Part shown: piece by piece, positions 1 through 11,750 of the stretch | Numbering within the stretch: position 1 is the first letter of the stretch | Layout: the number at the start of each line of letters is the position of its first letter | DNA from: Octopus bimaculoides | Taxonomy: Eukaryota | DNA length: 64,000 nt | Direction: 5' to 3' | Assembly (NCBI RefSeq): GCF_001194135.2 | Contig: NC_068982.1 | Coordinates: forward strand, 116,238,210 to 116,302,209 | Position numbers and translations under genes: made by a program | Notes under the pieces: generated by a model | Database searches by the model: none | Seen by the model: the letters and a program-made list of their open reading frames with translations, nothing else | What the model was told of the DNA's origin: nothing

Positions 1-907
1 CTTAACTTCCCAAGCTAACCTGTCATATCTCTCGACTTTTCTTTCTTCTTTATCACATACCTTGTTGTCAGCTGGGCATGCTATGTCTATGATCCAGCAT
101 AACTTGTTTTCTTTCTCAATTAAGACTATGTCTGGCTTCCTATTCTCTATCTCATGGTCGCACTGAATCATGAAATCCCATAGGATCTTTGCATTTCCAT
201 TTTCGACGATGCCTTCAGGTTTGTGATCAAACCAATTTTTTGCTCTATCAAGTCCATACCTGTTGCAAAGTATCCAATGGACAAGCCTGGCTATATTGTC
301 GTGGCGTCTCTTATATTCCCTCTGGGCTAGTGGCGTACATTGGCTGATAATATGCCATACGGTTTCACCGTTTTGTCCACAGATTCTGCACTTATCACTT
401 TCTGCTGTGTTGTCTATTCTGTATTTTATGTAGTTTGTTCTTAGTGCTTGCTCTTGGGCAGCACAGATTAGAACCTACGCTTCCGGTTTTATATCACTTT
501 TAGTCATCCACAGCCATCTTTTTTCTCTGTCTGTCTTATCTTCAGCATCCCTATGAAACTGTCCATGCATTCTTTTCTTTACCCACCTATTTTCAGTTTT
601 ATTCGTTTTCAATTTCTTGTATATTGCTTTATTTTTGCAGTCGTTCATCTTACACAAGCCTGACCTTCTTACTTCTAATAAAAGCGGTTCTGTGGCATTT
701 TTTACATACCATGCTATGTTGTTTTCTCCTGCTCTAATGCTGTGTTCGCATCCAATAAGTTCTCTTCCCCTTCTTTTTCTTGGTACATACAGTCTGTCCG
801 TGTCACTTTTTGGGTGGAGTGACCCATATCTAGTTAGCAACTTCTTCGTCTTTCTGTCTAAGCTGTTTAGTTCGTCTACTGTCGATGCGATTACCCCTGC
901 TCCATAT
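1..907 (-). mobile_element. R4/Dong-clade non-LTR retrotransposon, C-terminal part (post-RT region, CCHC zinc knuckle, restriction-like endonuclease); 5'-truncated, one in-frame stop, continues beyond window start
   Basis: Minus-strand translation: YGAGVI..ELNSLDRKTKKLLTRYGSLHPKSDTDRLYVPRKRRGR...KPEA*VLICAAQEQALRTNYIK..CRICGQNGETVWHIISQC (C-X2-C-X8-H-X4-C)..RRHDNIARLVHW..KILWDFMIQCDHEIENRKPDIVLIEKENKLCWIIDIACP..ERKVERY. The 5' junction abuts a degenerate (TAA)n tract. Confidence 0.92.
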
Positions 908-1756
908 AATTATTATTTTTGCTATTATTATGCTTAACGGCATTTCGTGCGCCTTTACCCTCTAAGTTCAAATANNNNNNNNNNNNNNNNNNNNNNNNNN
1001 NNNNNNNNNNNNNNNNNNNNNNNNNNNNNNNNNNNNNNNNNNNNNNNNNNNNNNNNNNNNNNNNNNNNNNNNNNNNNNNNNNNNNNNNNNNNNNNNNNNN
1101 NNNNNNNNNNNNNNNNNNNNNNNNNNNNNNNNNNNNNNNNNNNNNNNNNNNNNNNNNNNNNNNNNNNNNNNNNNNNNNNNNNNNNNNNNNNNNNNNNNNN
1201 NNNNNNNNNNNNNNNNNNNNNNNNNNNNNNNNNNNNNNNNNNNNNNNNNNNNNNNNNNNNNNNNNNNNNNNNNNNNNNNNNNNNNNNNNNNNNNNNNNNN
1301 NNNNNNNNNNNNNNNNNNNNNNNNNNNNNNNNNNNNNNNNNNNNNNNNNNNNNNNNNNNNNNNNNNNNNNNNNNNNNNNNNNNNNNNNNNNNNNNNNNNN
1401 NNNNNNNNNNNNNNNNNNNNNNNNNNNNNNNNNNNNNNNNNNNNNNNNNNNNNNNNNNNNNNNNNNNNNNNNNNNNNNNNNNNNNNNNNNNNNNNNNNNN
1501 NNNNNNNNNNNNNNNNNNNNNNNNNNNNNNNNNNNNNNNNNNNNNNNNNNNNNNNNNNNNNNNNNNNNNNNNNNNNNNNNNNNNNNNNNNNNNNNNNNNN
1601 NNNNNNNNNNNNNNNNNNNNNNNNNNNNNNNNNNNNNNNNNNNNNNNNNNNNNNNNNNNNNNNNNNNNNNNNNNNNNNNNNNNNNNNNNNNNNNNNNNNN
1701 NNNNNNNNNNNNNNNNNNNNNNNNNNNNNNNNNNNNNNNNNNNNNNNNNNNNNNNN

Positions 1757-1820
<64 letters not shown>

Positions 1821-1862
1821 TATTATTATTATTATTATTATTATCATTATTATTATTATTAT
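1757..1862. repeat. (ATT)n microsatellite
   Basis: Direct reading; it borders the gap at 975-1756. Confidence 0.98.
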
Positions 1863-1863
1863 C

Positions 1864-2075
1864 AAGGTGGCGAGCTGGCAGAATCGTTAGCATGCCGGGT
1901 AAAATGCTTAGTTGTATTTCGTCCGTCATTACGTTCTGAGTTTAAATTCCGTCGAGGTCGACTTTGCCTTTCATTCTTTCGGGGTCGATTAAATAAGTAC
2001 CAGTTATGCATTGGGGTCGATGTAATCGACTTACCCCATTCCCCAAATTTCAGACCTTGTGCCTATAGTAGAAAG
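1864..2075 (+). mobile_element. SINE family C (head ggcgagctggcagaatcgttagc, centre gactttgcctttcatcctttcggggtcgat, (ATT)n tail)
   Basis: The same sequence recurs at 9026, 19935, ~25300(-), 27297, 30470(-), 49745, 51015 and 55196(-). Confidence 0.85.
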
Positions 2076-2108
<33 letters not shown>

Positions 2109-2111
2109 TTA

Positions 2112-2465
2112 TGACAATTGCATGCCATATTAGGGACATCGTTTCGAAGCACTGTGACAAATCTCGAATCTCAAGAATCTTATGATTGCTACAGAATACA
2201 GGATTTTCATTTTCTGCAGGTTGTCAATGCAATTCTCAATTCCAATATCTTTCAATCTCTTACTTAGGTTGCAGTTTCGGTGTTCAACCAAGTAGACCAA
2301 CAATCGCAAGAATAATTGTTGTCTTAGTCTTCTAAGATTTTCAATTTGTTTGCTATCCACTCTGTTATTATATGGCATTGCAAAATCTATGAAATTACAC
2401 TGTCTGTTTCTTTTGTACTCTATAATCATATCTGGTCTTCTTGTTTTAATGATGTTGTCAGCCTT
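2112..2465 (-). mobile_element. R4/Dong-clade retrotransposon 3' end (RLE C-terminus) with (TAAA)n tail
   Basis: Minus translation DNIIKTRRPDMIIEYKRNRQCNFIDFAMPYNNRVDSKQIE...LSKRLKDIGIENCIDNLQKMKILYS (RPD..ID..P endonuclease motif), followed by (TAAA)n joined tail-to-tail to SINE C. Confidence 0.75.
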
Positions 2466-3279
2466 TATGGAGAATGATATCGTCAGCCTCTATGGTGCCT
2501 CTGGCTCGAAAGCTTACACTAAAATGAACACTGCTAAAATCACGGAAGTCCATGTGGTGGTGTTTAATCGGGTGACTGATGGGGGTCTTCCATTTTTTCC
2601 AAAGTCATTATACGTTCGAGAAATAAATAACATTCTGCCATGAATCGAAACTGGGTCGCGAGCTTTTCTTCTCGAAAGTTCACCACAGACTTAGATCTAT
2701 AGTTTAAAAGCTCACCTCGCAACAACGTAGTTTCCGGTTCGATGCTACTGTGCAACACTTTGGGCAAGTCTTCTGTTATAACACCAAGCCAACCAAAGCT
2801 GTGCGAGTGAAATTTAGTAGATTGAAACAGTGTAGAAGTAACCGCGAATGATACTTGCTATTCTTGCTGTAAAGATATAGGCTATCGTCCAGTTTAACAC
2901 TACCAGCTATCCTGTGGGTACCTTCAGCGGAGTCGACTCTATTGCAGACATTGAGATCAGATCTGATGATACCCCACCTTCCTCTCACTTTGGTGTTCCT
3001 GAAAAGCGTCAAAGATTCTAGAGACTTTGTTAAAGGCCAAGGTCATTCCTCTCCTATTAAAATTAAATGTCTACAGTACTAGTTATATTTTGGAGATAGT
3101 GGTAAAAGAAATAGAGAAAGTCTCAGTTTCGACTGATAGTTGGAGCCTGTTCGCTTAGCTGATGTTTTTGAGAAAGGCATGTACCTCACAACATCCTATC
3201 TACTCTTCTCCGAAAATACGTGCTAGCAATCACAGCGACAAATTCCCTTCTCAGTGGAAAACAGCACTACAACTTGTCA

Positions 3280-3560
3280 CCACTACATCCATCATTACTA
3301 TCACTATCACTACCACCAACACCACAATCGTCAGCAGCACCACCAACAACGCTAAAAACACATTGCTACTACCACCAACACTACAACCATCATCACCATC
3401 ACTACTACTTACAACATAATTATCATCACCATCATTACCATCATCACCATTAACAACAGCAGCAGCAACATTGCACCACCTTCACAATCCCCCCCCGCCG
3501 CCACCACCACCACCACCACCACCACGACAGTTGCAACAAAAACACTACTAATAATCATCT
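3280..3560. repeat. Compound (CAC/CAT/CAA)n low-complexity tract
   Basis: Direct reading. Confidence 0.9.
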
Positions 3561-4599
3561 CCACTGTCATTGAATAACGGATGCACAAAAACATCCTTGA
3601 CGTTCGAGTACGTGAGTGTATGNNNNNNNNNNNNNNNNNNNNNNNNNNNNNNNNNNNNNNNNNNNNNNNNNNNNNNNNNNNNNNNNNNNNNNNNNNNNNN
3701 NNNNNNNNNNNNNNNNNNNNNNNNNNNNNNNNNNNNNNNNNNNNNNNNNNNNNNNNNNNNNNNNNNNNNNNNNNNNNNNNNNNNNNNNNNNNNNNNNNNN
3801 NNNNNNNNNNNNNNNNNNNNNNNNNNNNNNNNNNNNNNNNNNNNNNNNNNNNNNNNNNNNNNNNNNNNNNNNNNNNNNNNNNNNNNNNNNNNNNNNNNNN
3901 NNNNNNNNNNNNNNNNNNNNNNNNNNNNNNNNNNNNNNNNNNNNNNNNNNNNNNNNNNNNNNNNNNNNNNNNNNNNNNNNNNNNNNNNNNNNNNNNNNNN
4001 NNNNNNNNNNNNNNNNNNNNNNNNNNNNNNNNNNNNNNNNNNNNNNNNNNNNNNNNNNNNNNNNNNNNNNNNNNNNNNNNNNNNNNNNNNNNNNNNNNNN
4101 NNNNNNNNNNNNNNNNNNNNNNNNNNNNNNNNNNNNNNNNNNNNNNNNNNNNNNNNNNNNNNNNNNNNNNNNNNNNNNNNNNNNNNNNNNNNNNNNNNNN
4201 NNNNNNNNNNNNNNNNNNNNNNNNNNNNNNNNNNNNNNNNNNNNNNNNNNNNNNNNNNNNNNNNNNNNNNNNNNNNNNNNNNNNNNNNNNNNNNNNNNNN
4301 NNNNNNNNNNNNNNNNNNNNNNNNNNNNNNNNNNNNNNNCCGTTTGTGTTCCTGCGTCACTTACTCCATTCTGTTTTTCTAAGATGTGTATCCTTATGTA
4401 TGCATGCGTTTGTGTCCTTGCGTGCGTGCGCGTGCGCGTGTGTGTATGTGTGTGTGTGTATGTTTGTGTGTGTGTCTTAGTTTTTAGCAGTGTTGTGGCT
4501 TTCCCCTCAGCTCCAACCCCTCACCCCATTATGCTGCTGCTGTTCTAAGACCCGAGAAAAAAAGAGAAAAGGGTACAGTTCCTGTATTCTGTGTATGTG

Positions 4600-5395
4600 T
4601 GTTCGTTCACGGTGTTGTCATCGTGGTAGTTGTTGTTATAGCCCTCGTAGGTACCGCCGCTGCTGCTGACTGTGTTAGTTGTGTTGTTGACATCATATGG
4701 TCATCTATGAGGTTTAACCTCTATGCTATGAATCGAGCCTCCATGTTCTGCCTGAGCATGTTGGTATAGCACTGACGAGATTTTCCCTTCTTTGAGCTCT
4801 CACCAATGTGCACCTATACGCTCTCCTTTGCTGCGTGTAGTCTCTCCTATGTAGGTAGTTGTCATGTTTCTACACCGTCCCTCAGTACACCGTAAGCTAT
4901 ACACTACATTTCTAACCTTATAGTTAACCTGTAGGTTCATCCTACATACAACACAATTGTATTCTGTACAGGGGGACTCATAAAAGGGAAAGGTATTGCA
5001 GATCAGCCATTTAAAATGGGCACTAGGCCTCTCCACTACTTTAATTCGTAGATTAGCCTTACTTAATGTTTTTCTAAAAAGATGTGTTAGTTCACCGCCA
5101 GGGGTAGCATCAACAAACATGACACTCTGGTATATTTTGTTGTCATACCAAATGTTGGCCTAATTTACCTTATTACTGGTCCTTCCGTGCTGTTCCAAGA
5201 TTTGCTCCTGTACAGCAAGCAGATCACCTTAGCATCATTCTCTCTATGATGGCTTTGTACTTTGTCCTGGTTCCTTTGTACACTCTAATCCTGTCCTTTT
5301 GGTTATAGCCAGAGAACTGCATGCGGTGGATGAAGTATTGTATGTGTCTTTCCAATTCCTTAGGGTCGCACATGCGAGACACATTGATGAGGAAT
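4600..5395 (-). mobile_element. Penelope-like element fragment (RT C-terminus/linker plus GIY-YIG endonuclease); possibly Naiad/Nematis-type
   Basis: Minus translation ..HIQYFIHRMQFSGYNQKDR..YRSKSWN..SVMFVDATPGGEL..KVVERP..CVVC..RNVVYSLRCTEGRC..TTYIGETTRSKGERIGAH; frameshifts and stops present. The subclade call is from recalled motifs only. Confidence 0.82.
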
Positions 5396-5498
5396 AAAAT
5401 AACAGTAATAAACGAGTAGAAAAAAATATACAGTGCGTATGTTTATTTGGCAATAAAAAAATAAATAAAATGACCATCTCGAAATGCAACAATATATA

Positions 5499-5533
<35 letters not shown>

Positions 5534-6824
5534 NNNNNNNNNNNNNNNNNNNNNNNNNNNNNNNNNNNNNNNNNNNNNNNNNNNNNNNNNNNNNNNNNNN
5601 NNNNNNNNNNNNNNNNNNNNNNNNNNNNNNNNNNNNNNNNNNNNNNNNNNNNNNNNNNNNNNNNNNNNNNNNNNNNNNNNNNNNNNNNNNNNNNNNNNNN
5701 NNNNNNNNNNNNNNNNNNNNNNNNNNNNNNNNNNNNNNNNNNNNNNNNNNNNNNNNNNNNNNNNNNNNNNNNNNNNNNNNNNNNNNNNNNNNNNNNNNNN
5801 NNNNNNNNNNNNNNNNNNNNNNNNNNNNNNNNNNNNNNNNNNNNNNNNNNNNNNNNNNNNNNNNNNNNNNNNNNNNNNNNNNNNNNNNNNNNNNNNNNNN
5901 NNNNNNNNNNNNNNNNNNNNNNNNNNNNNNNNNNNNNNNNNNNNNNNNNNNNNNNNNNNNNNNNNNNNNNNNNNNNNNNNNNNNNNNNNNNNNNNNNNNN
6001 NNNNNNNNNNNNNNNNNNNNNNNNNNNNNNNNNNNNNNNNNNNNNNNNNNNNNNNNNNNNNNNNNNNNNNNNNNNNNNNNNNNNNNNNNNNNNNNNNNNN
6101 NNNNNNNNNNNNNNNNNNNNNNNNNNNNNNNNNNNNNNNNNNNNNNNNNNNNNNNNNNNNNNNNNNNNNNNNNNNNNNNNNNNNNNNNNNNNNNNNNNNN
6201 NNNNNNNNNNNNNNNNNNNNNNNNNNNNNNNNNNNNNNNNNNNNNNNNNNNNNNNNNNNNNNNNNNNNNNNNNNNNNNNNNNNNNNNNNNNNNNNNNNNN
6301 NNNNNNNNNNNNNNNNNNNNNNNNNNNNNNNNNNNNNNNNNNNNNNNNNNNNNNNNNNNNNNAGTAGAGGGAAGAATGAGAGGGGGAGATAGAAATAGAG
6401 AGAGAGTCGCGTTAGAAAAATAGTTAAAACTTACTGTATAAAGGTAACGCGTGCGTTCTGTCGTGATACAAACAATATATGAGTATATGCATATATATGT
6501 ACATGTATGTATATACGTTCATCTACATGTACATACAGATACATAACTGGGTACATGACGTGGCAAAAGAACAAGGACAAAATGGTAAACAAGGTGCAAC
6601 AAACAAACAGGCCACATAGATACATCCCCTTCATCAGCTGCCACCATTAAAACTCCGGCGTTTCGAAGAATTAAGGCAGTACGCATCGTTAAAATGGTTC
6701 ATATATATATATATGTACATGCAACTAATATGATGCAATAATGCTATATATGTGATATATATTAGACATATATACAGTACACACATATATGCATACATAT
6801 ACACATGTAAATGTATGTGAGAGA

Positions 6825-6917
6825 GAGAGAGAGAGAGGGGGGAAGAGAGAGGTAAGAGAGAGAGAAGAGAAGAAAGAGAGAAGAGAAGACAGAAGAGAAG
6901 AAAGAGAGAAGGAGAAG

Positions 6918-6949
<32 letters not shown>

Positions 6950-7020
6950 AAGAGAGAAAGAGAAAAAGAGAGAAAGAGAGAGAGAGAAAGTGAGAGAGAG
7001 CAAAATCATCACGAGAAATG
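6825..7020. repeat. (GA)/(GAA)-rich purine tract
   Basis: Direct reading. Confidence 0.95.
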
Positions 7021-9025
7021 AGAAAGAACAGCGTGGGTAGATCATGTTGTTGACATATCATTCTAAACTAATGTTTATCTATAACAAGTGAAACGACGAA
7101 AACAAGTTATGTCTGAGCATTAATAGGACGCGACAACTCTGAGGTTATGGGGTAGTCTAAATGTTGCTGTTTAGCCACTTATCTGCCCTGGTTGAAGAAA
7201 CAGACATTCTCACAGTTACTTACTCATCTTTTATTCAGACATAAGCACATTCAATGTGACGTTGTTTTTTAAACAGTACAGCGTGATCTGATGCAAGTTT
7301 TGCTGGTATTTCTACCAGGTTGAGTAACCACGTAGATGACCCCTACTGGATTGACTGTGTAAATGATTTGTTGGTTGTGCTAAAAAGAAGAACAACAACA
7401 ATGAGTCTTTTCAGTACGCCATTCCGTTGTTGCATTTAACATAAGCTTGGTAAACTGATAACATTTGACATTAACGAACAATCTAAGGCAGGCCAGAATA
7501 GCAGATCCTCTAACAGGATACGAACTCTAGTTCTATAGCTTGCTGCGTGAACGTATTACTTATTACACTAACAAGGACCGTTGTTCCTGATAATATTATT
7601 TGTGTTAAAGTCTTAACTAGTGATTAAAAATCCGATAAACTGTTTGGGATTATTTTGGATAATTGTTTAAAGATATCAGGTACAATAATTCTATCAAGAC
7701 ACTGTTCTACCTAAGCTCGTGTGTAGCCAGAGCACACAAGATATTAATGAGGATCCAAGGAATTGATATGTACGTAGGTTAGTCAACTAAAATAATGTAG
7801 TACAGCACCGACTTTTCGGACACATGGTCCGGAACCTCTTATAATTACACTAATTTACAAACAGGAATTGCAAATTCTCCTTGACATTATCCTAAAACCA
7901 CTATGTAGTCAGATACCCAGTTTCATTCGAGATGACATCGATTTCCTGTCACATCTGCCCAAAACAACAGAATTCCATTCACTGTTAGTTAGTTTTGATG
8001 TAACAAACTTATACACAAACATTTGACATGATTTGGGACTTACTGCCATAAAATGTTGGATCGAGAAACATAGATCCCTACCAGACTTACTGTAACCTTC
8101 ATATTAGACGAGGTCAGTCTTATCCTCGAAAACAAAAAATTCCTTTTCAATGAAAAAAAAAAAAACTATCTCCAAATTCGAGGCACAGCTATGGGGACAC
8201 GATTTGCTCCAGTTTTCACGAACTCGGTATTGGGATACTTGGAACAAAACCTATATAAAAAAAAGTTGAAGAGAACTACGGCATGACCTTTAAAAGACAC
8301 ATAGAGGACACATGAAAAAGATATCTCGATGATTGTTTCCTAATTTAGACCAAATCCCTAAAAATTTGGAATAATTCAGCACCCTCCTCAATATTCTACA
8401 CCCTTGTCTTAAATTCACAAGAGAAATGAACAACACACAATTACCATTTCTTGACATAATGGTAATTAAAAACAACACCACAATCACAACTGATATTTAT
8501 TACGAAAGCACAGATACAAACCAGTACCTAAATTTCAAATCATGCCGCCCAACACACACAAAACGCAACGCCCCATACCAGGAAGATTTGTACTAAAGCT
8601 GATGATCCAAATACCAGAAACACACGACTTATAGAACTCAAAGGATTTCTACTCAAGTAAAATTACTCTCTCCTTCTTATAGAATTTAGTACACAACGAG
8701 CAAAGGAGATACCCATAGAACAACTTAGAGCAACACGAAAAAGACGAACCCATCAAAGGAACACAATATCATTTCTAGTAACACACAATCGGCGTCACCA
8801 AAATATTTTTAACATCATCAAAACAAATTTGCCAATCATAAAACAAAGTGAAAAATAAAAAAAAACAAACATATTAACTAATCAAACACTTATCTTAAGC
8901 AAAAGGTAACCACATAACCTAAAGAAACTATTAACAAAGACAAAATTCAACATGAACAAACGGGATAACACATTCACTGTATCCAAGTGTAATGATAACA
9001 GATGTGGAACGTATCAATACATGCA

Positions 9026-9258
9026 CAGGGTGGCGAGCTGGCAGAATCGTTAGCACGCCGGGCAAATTGCTTAGCGGTATTTCGTCTGCCGTTACGTTCT
9101 GAGTTCAAATTCCGCCGAGGTCGACTTCGCCTTTCATCCTTTCGGGGTCGATAAATTAAGTACCAGTTGCGTACTGGGTCGATCTAATCGACTTAATCCC
9201 TTTGTCTGTCCTTGTTTGTTCCTTCTATGTTTAGCCCCCTGTGGGCAATAAAGAAATA
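9026..9258 (+). mobile_element. SINE family C, full length, nested in the Penelope-like element
   Basis: 10-bp TSD AATACATGCA at 9016-9025 and 9259-9268; CpGs intact. Confidence 0.92.
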
Positions 9259-9778
9259 AATACATGCATATGGGTAGATCCATTAGAACAAAAAATGGAC
9301 AGATTTTCGCAAATACAGACATGAACTGCAAAAGCAGAATTGCGAAGAATTATATATAAGCGAGACAGGGGATGCATTATCGGAAAGCTCACGAGTCCAC
9401 AGACAACAAATCCGGAACACCAATGTTTGCCAAATTCCATTGAGCGAACATATAGAGACATGTGGGCAGAAAATGTTTCTAATTTTTACTTTCCACAAAC
9501 TACATGACACAAATGAGGCTGGAAGAAAGATAAAAGAAAAACGGTTTATTAAAATGTTCAAACCTGTTCTGAACGGAAATAACAACAATAATATAACAAC
9601 CAGTTAATGATGTGGATTAATAAATATAAACAAGTTACAGAATATCGGTACGCTTGGCAAACTGTAATGTTTAAGAGCATGTGCATTGACCAAAAAGGTA
9701 TTCTAAGAATTCAGCTGGCTGGAGCGTTCTAAGAGATACTAAAGTTGTCAAGAACTCAAACGTCAGTTAAACACATTT

Positions 9779-9818
9779 GAAATCTGATGAGTACACTACG
9801 TATCAAAGCGCTAATTTT
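9779..9818 (+). ncRNA. Degenerate minimal hammerhead ribozyme at the 3' end of the Penelope-like element
   Basis: GAAAT CTGATGA GTAC-ACTAC-GTAT C AAA GCGC TA ATTTT: stem I pairs (GAAAT/ATTTT) and helix III is palindromic (AGCGCT), but core G12 is missing. Confidence 0.55.
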
Positions 9819-9876
9819 GCTAAAATACCATAATAAAAAAACGTGAAAACCAGACTGTTTTAACTTTATTCAACTT

Positions 9877-9907
<31 letters not shown>

Positions 9908-9940
9908 TACGTGTGTACGTGTCTGTCTGTCTGTCTGTCT

Positions 9941-10315
9941 AATAAAATATCAACATTTATTTTTAACCGCTTTCTGCACTCTAGTACGTGAATAGCATTC
10001 ACTGAAGGAATTTGTCTCGCAAAACAAATTTCTCTCGGTAGATTTTGTGTGTGGAAGCAAAACAAGCTCGAAACGACGTCAGCAGGCAATCAGATACGTT
10101 GTTTTCTGGCTTAATTTCGCCTTGTCAATGATAAATCATAAATCCCATCTCAGTCTTTTTGTGCCGAACAAGAATTTATGTTTCTGTGTAGAAAACAACA
10201 AGCAAGACATCTATTATTACGTACTGATAAATGTCAAGTTGGAATTAATTACAAAGAATAAGTCTTATGCATGTCAAGTAGGAATTAATTCAGTATAAGC
10301 ACACAAAGCAGTGAG
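9941..10315 (+). repeat. Direct repeat, copy 1 (~330-370 bp unique-looking sequence)
   Basis: Nearly identical to 11426-11750; this copy has an extra internal duplication of atgtcaagt(t/a)ggaattaatt. Confidence 0.92.
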
Positions 10316-10516
10316 TGTCTGTGTTTATCCCCCCCCCACCTTCGCTTGATAACCTATACTGGTGTGTTTACGTCCCTGTAACTTAGCGGTTCAGCAAAAC
10401 AGATCGATAGAATAAGTACTAGACTTACAAAGAATAAGTCCTGGGGTAAATTTCTTCGGCGGTGCTCTAACATGGCCGCAGTCAAAATGTATGAAACAAG
10501 TAAGAGAATAAAAGAA
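10316..10516 (+). mobile_element. SINE family B, 3' half
   Basis: Matches the 3' halves of 15804-16467 and 19419-19852. Confidence 0.8.
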
Positions 10517-10562
10517 TATTGACTGCTAAAACTTTAACTGAACATTGTATCATATCCTAGAG

Positions 10563-10923
10563 CAGGGGTTTTCAAACTTTTTGACTTGCGGAATCCTTTA
10601 TATTTCAGGCTTTACCTTAGGGACCCTTATAAACGCTTATGAAATTTATACATAAATATTTGCTTAAAATAACATATATTTTTACATTTATTTATTTAAC
10701 AGTATTTAACAAATAGGTTTATTGTCAATTAAAAGATTTCGATTAAAAAACATATATAAAATCAAATTGCCCATAAAAAGTATTTGCTGTCCACGGACAC
10801 CCTGTCTTGTCCTTGCGGACCCCCTGTCTTGTCCTTGCGGACCCCCTGTCTTGTCCTTGCGGACCCCCTGTCTTGTCATTGAGGACCCCCTGTGGTCCGC
10901 GGACCACAGTTTGAAAACCCCGG
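10563..10923. mobile_element. hAT (Charlie-like) MITE with an internal 22-bp tandem array
   Basis: TIRs CAGGGGTTTTCAAACT / AGTTTGAAAACCCCGG; exact 8-bp TSD TCCTAGAG at 10555-10562 and 10924-10931; ggaccccctgtcttgtccttgc x4.5 at 10795-10893. Confidence 0.92.
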
Positions 10924-11425
10924 TCCTAGAGTATTGTAGAAAAATGATTTTGTAGGGTTCAGAGCCTTTTGAGTTTTGGGATTCTCATATAAATTGTCTG
11001 ATGGAACCTGGGTGTTGTGTTTTCTTTTTCTTTGACAGTTTATGATGAGTAATTTTAGAAAAGTGTATTTTGACTGCCATTTCATAGTTTTTCATGTTGC
11101 TGTTGCTTGCACTTTAAATAGTGTTTCCCTGCTTCTTGTCTGGTTTATGTTGAGTAAACATATTTACTAGATTCTTGTTTTCCTTTGGTTTATTTATTTA
11201 TTTACTTACTTATTCATTCATTCATTTCGTTAATTACCTGTTTACTTGCTTGAGACTGAACTTATTTCTATTCTGTGTATGGTGATTGCTGCGTTGTGTT
11301 TAAGCCTGTTCCTAGATATTATCATGGTGTCTATCATTCTTGTGTAATTAATATTGAATTGTTTCATTATTGGTTTTATTGTATGTATGTATGTATGTAT
11401 GTATGTATGTATGTATGTATGTATG

Positions 11426-11750
11426 ATAAAATATAAACATTTATTTTTAACCGTTTTCTGCACTCTAGTACGTGAATAGCATTCACTGCAGGAATTTGTC
11501 GCGCAGAACAAATTTCTCTCGGTAGATTTTGTGTGTGGAAGCATAACAAGCTCGAAACGACGTCAGCAGGCAATCAGATACGTTGTTTTCTGGCTTAATT
11601 TCGCCTTGTCAATGATAAATCATAAATCCCATCTCAATCTCTTTGTGCTAAACAAGAATTTATGCTTCTGTGTAGAAAACAGCATTTATTATTACGTACT
11701 GATAAATGTCAAGTTGGAATTAATTCAGTATAAGCACACAAAGCAGTGAG
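11426..11750 (+). repeat. Direct repeat, copy 2
   Basis: Matches 9941-10315; both copies follow a microsatellite. Confidence 0.92.

Larger units (their letters stand above)
7840..9820 (+). mobile_element. Penelope-like element, decayed RT plus GIY-YIG, interrupted by a SINE
   Basis: ILKPLCSQIPSFIRDDIDFLSHLP..LVSFDVTNLYTNI; YLQIRGTAMGTRFAPVFTN; RYLDDCFLI; HPCLKFTRE..LPFLDIMV..TDIYYESTDTNQYLNF; KCNDNRCG; CEELYISETG..RVHRQQI..KE..FIKMFKPVLN. Confidence 0.9.

Noticed and set aside
4800-4802. In-frame TGA in the Penelope-like GIY-YIG as selenocysteine
   Set aside because: It is not at a Cys-equivalent position and no SECIS is seen; a CGA-to-TGA decay is the simpler explanation.
919-6423. Long ORFs of 270-330 aa in the ORF track (also at 30.8, 37.1, 39.4 and 45.0 kb)
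   Set aside because: They are runs of X across N-gaps, not coding sequence.
6725-7061. ORFs rich in ER/SL/HT/CV/YI repeats (also at 13.5, 24.3, 27.7 and 34.7 kb)
   Set aside because: They are translations of microsatellites.
10795-10893. Regular 22-bp repeats as a CRISPR-like array
   Set aside because: The units are contiguous with no spacers, lie inside a MITE, and the context is eukaryotic.
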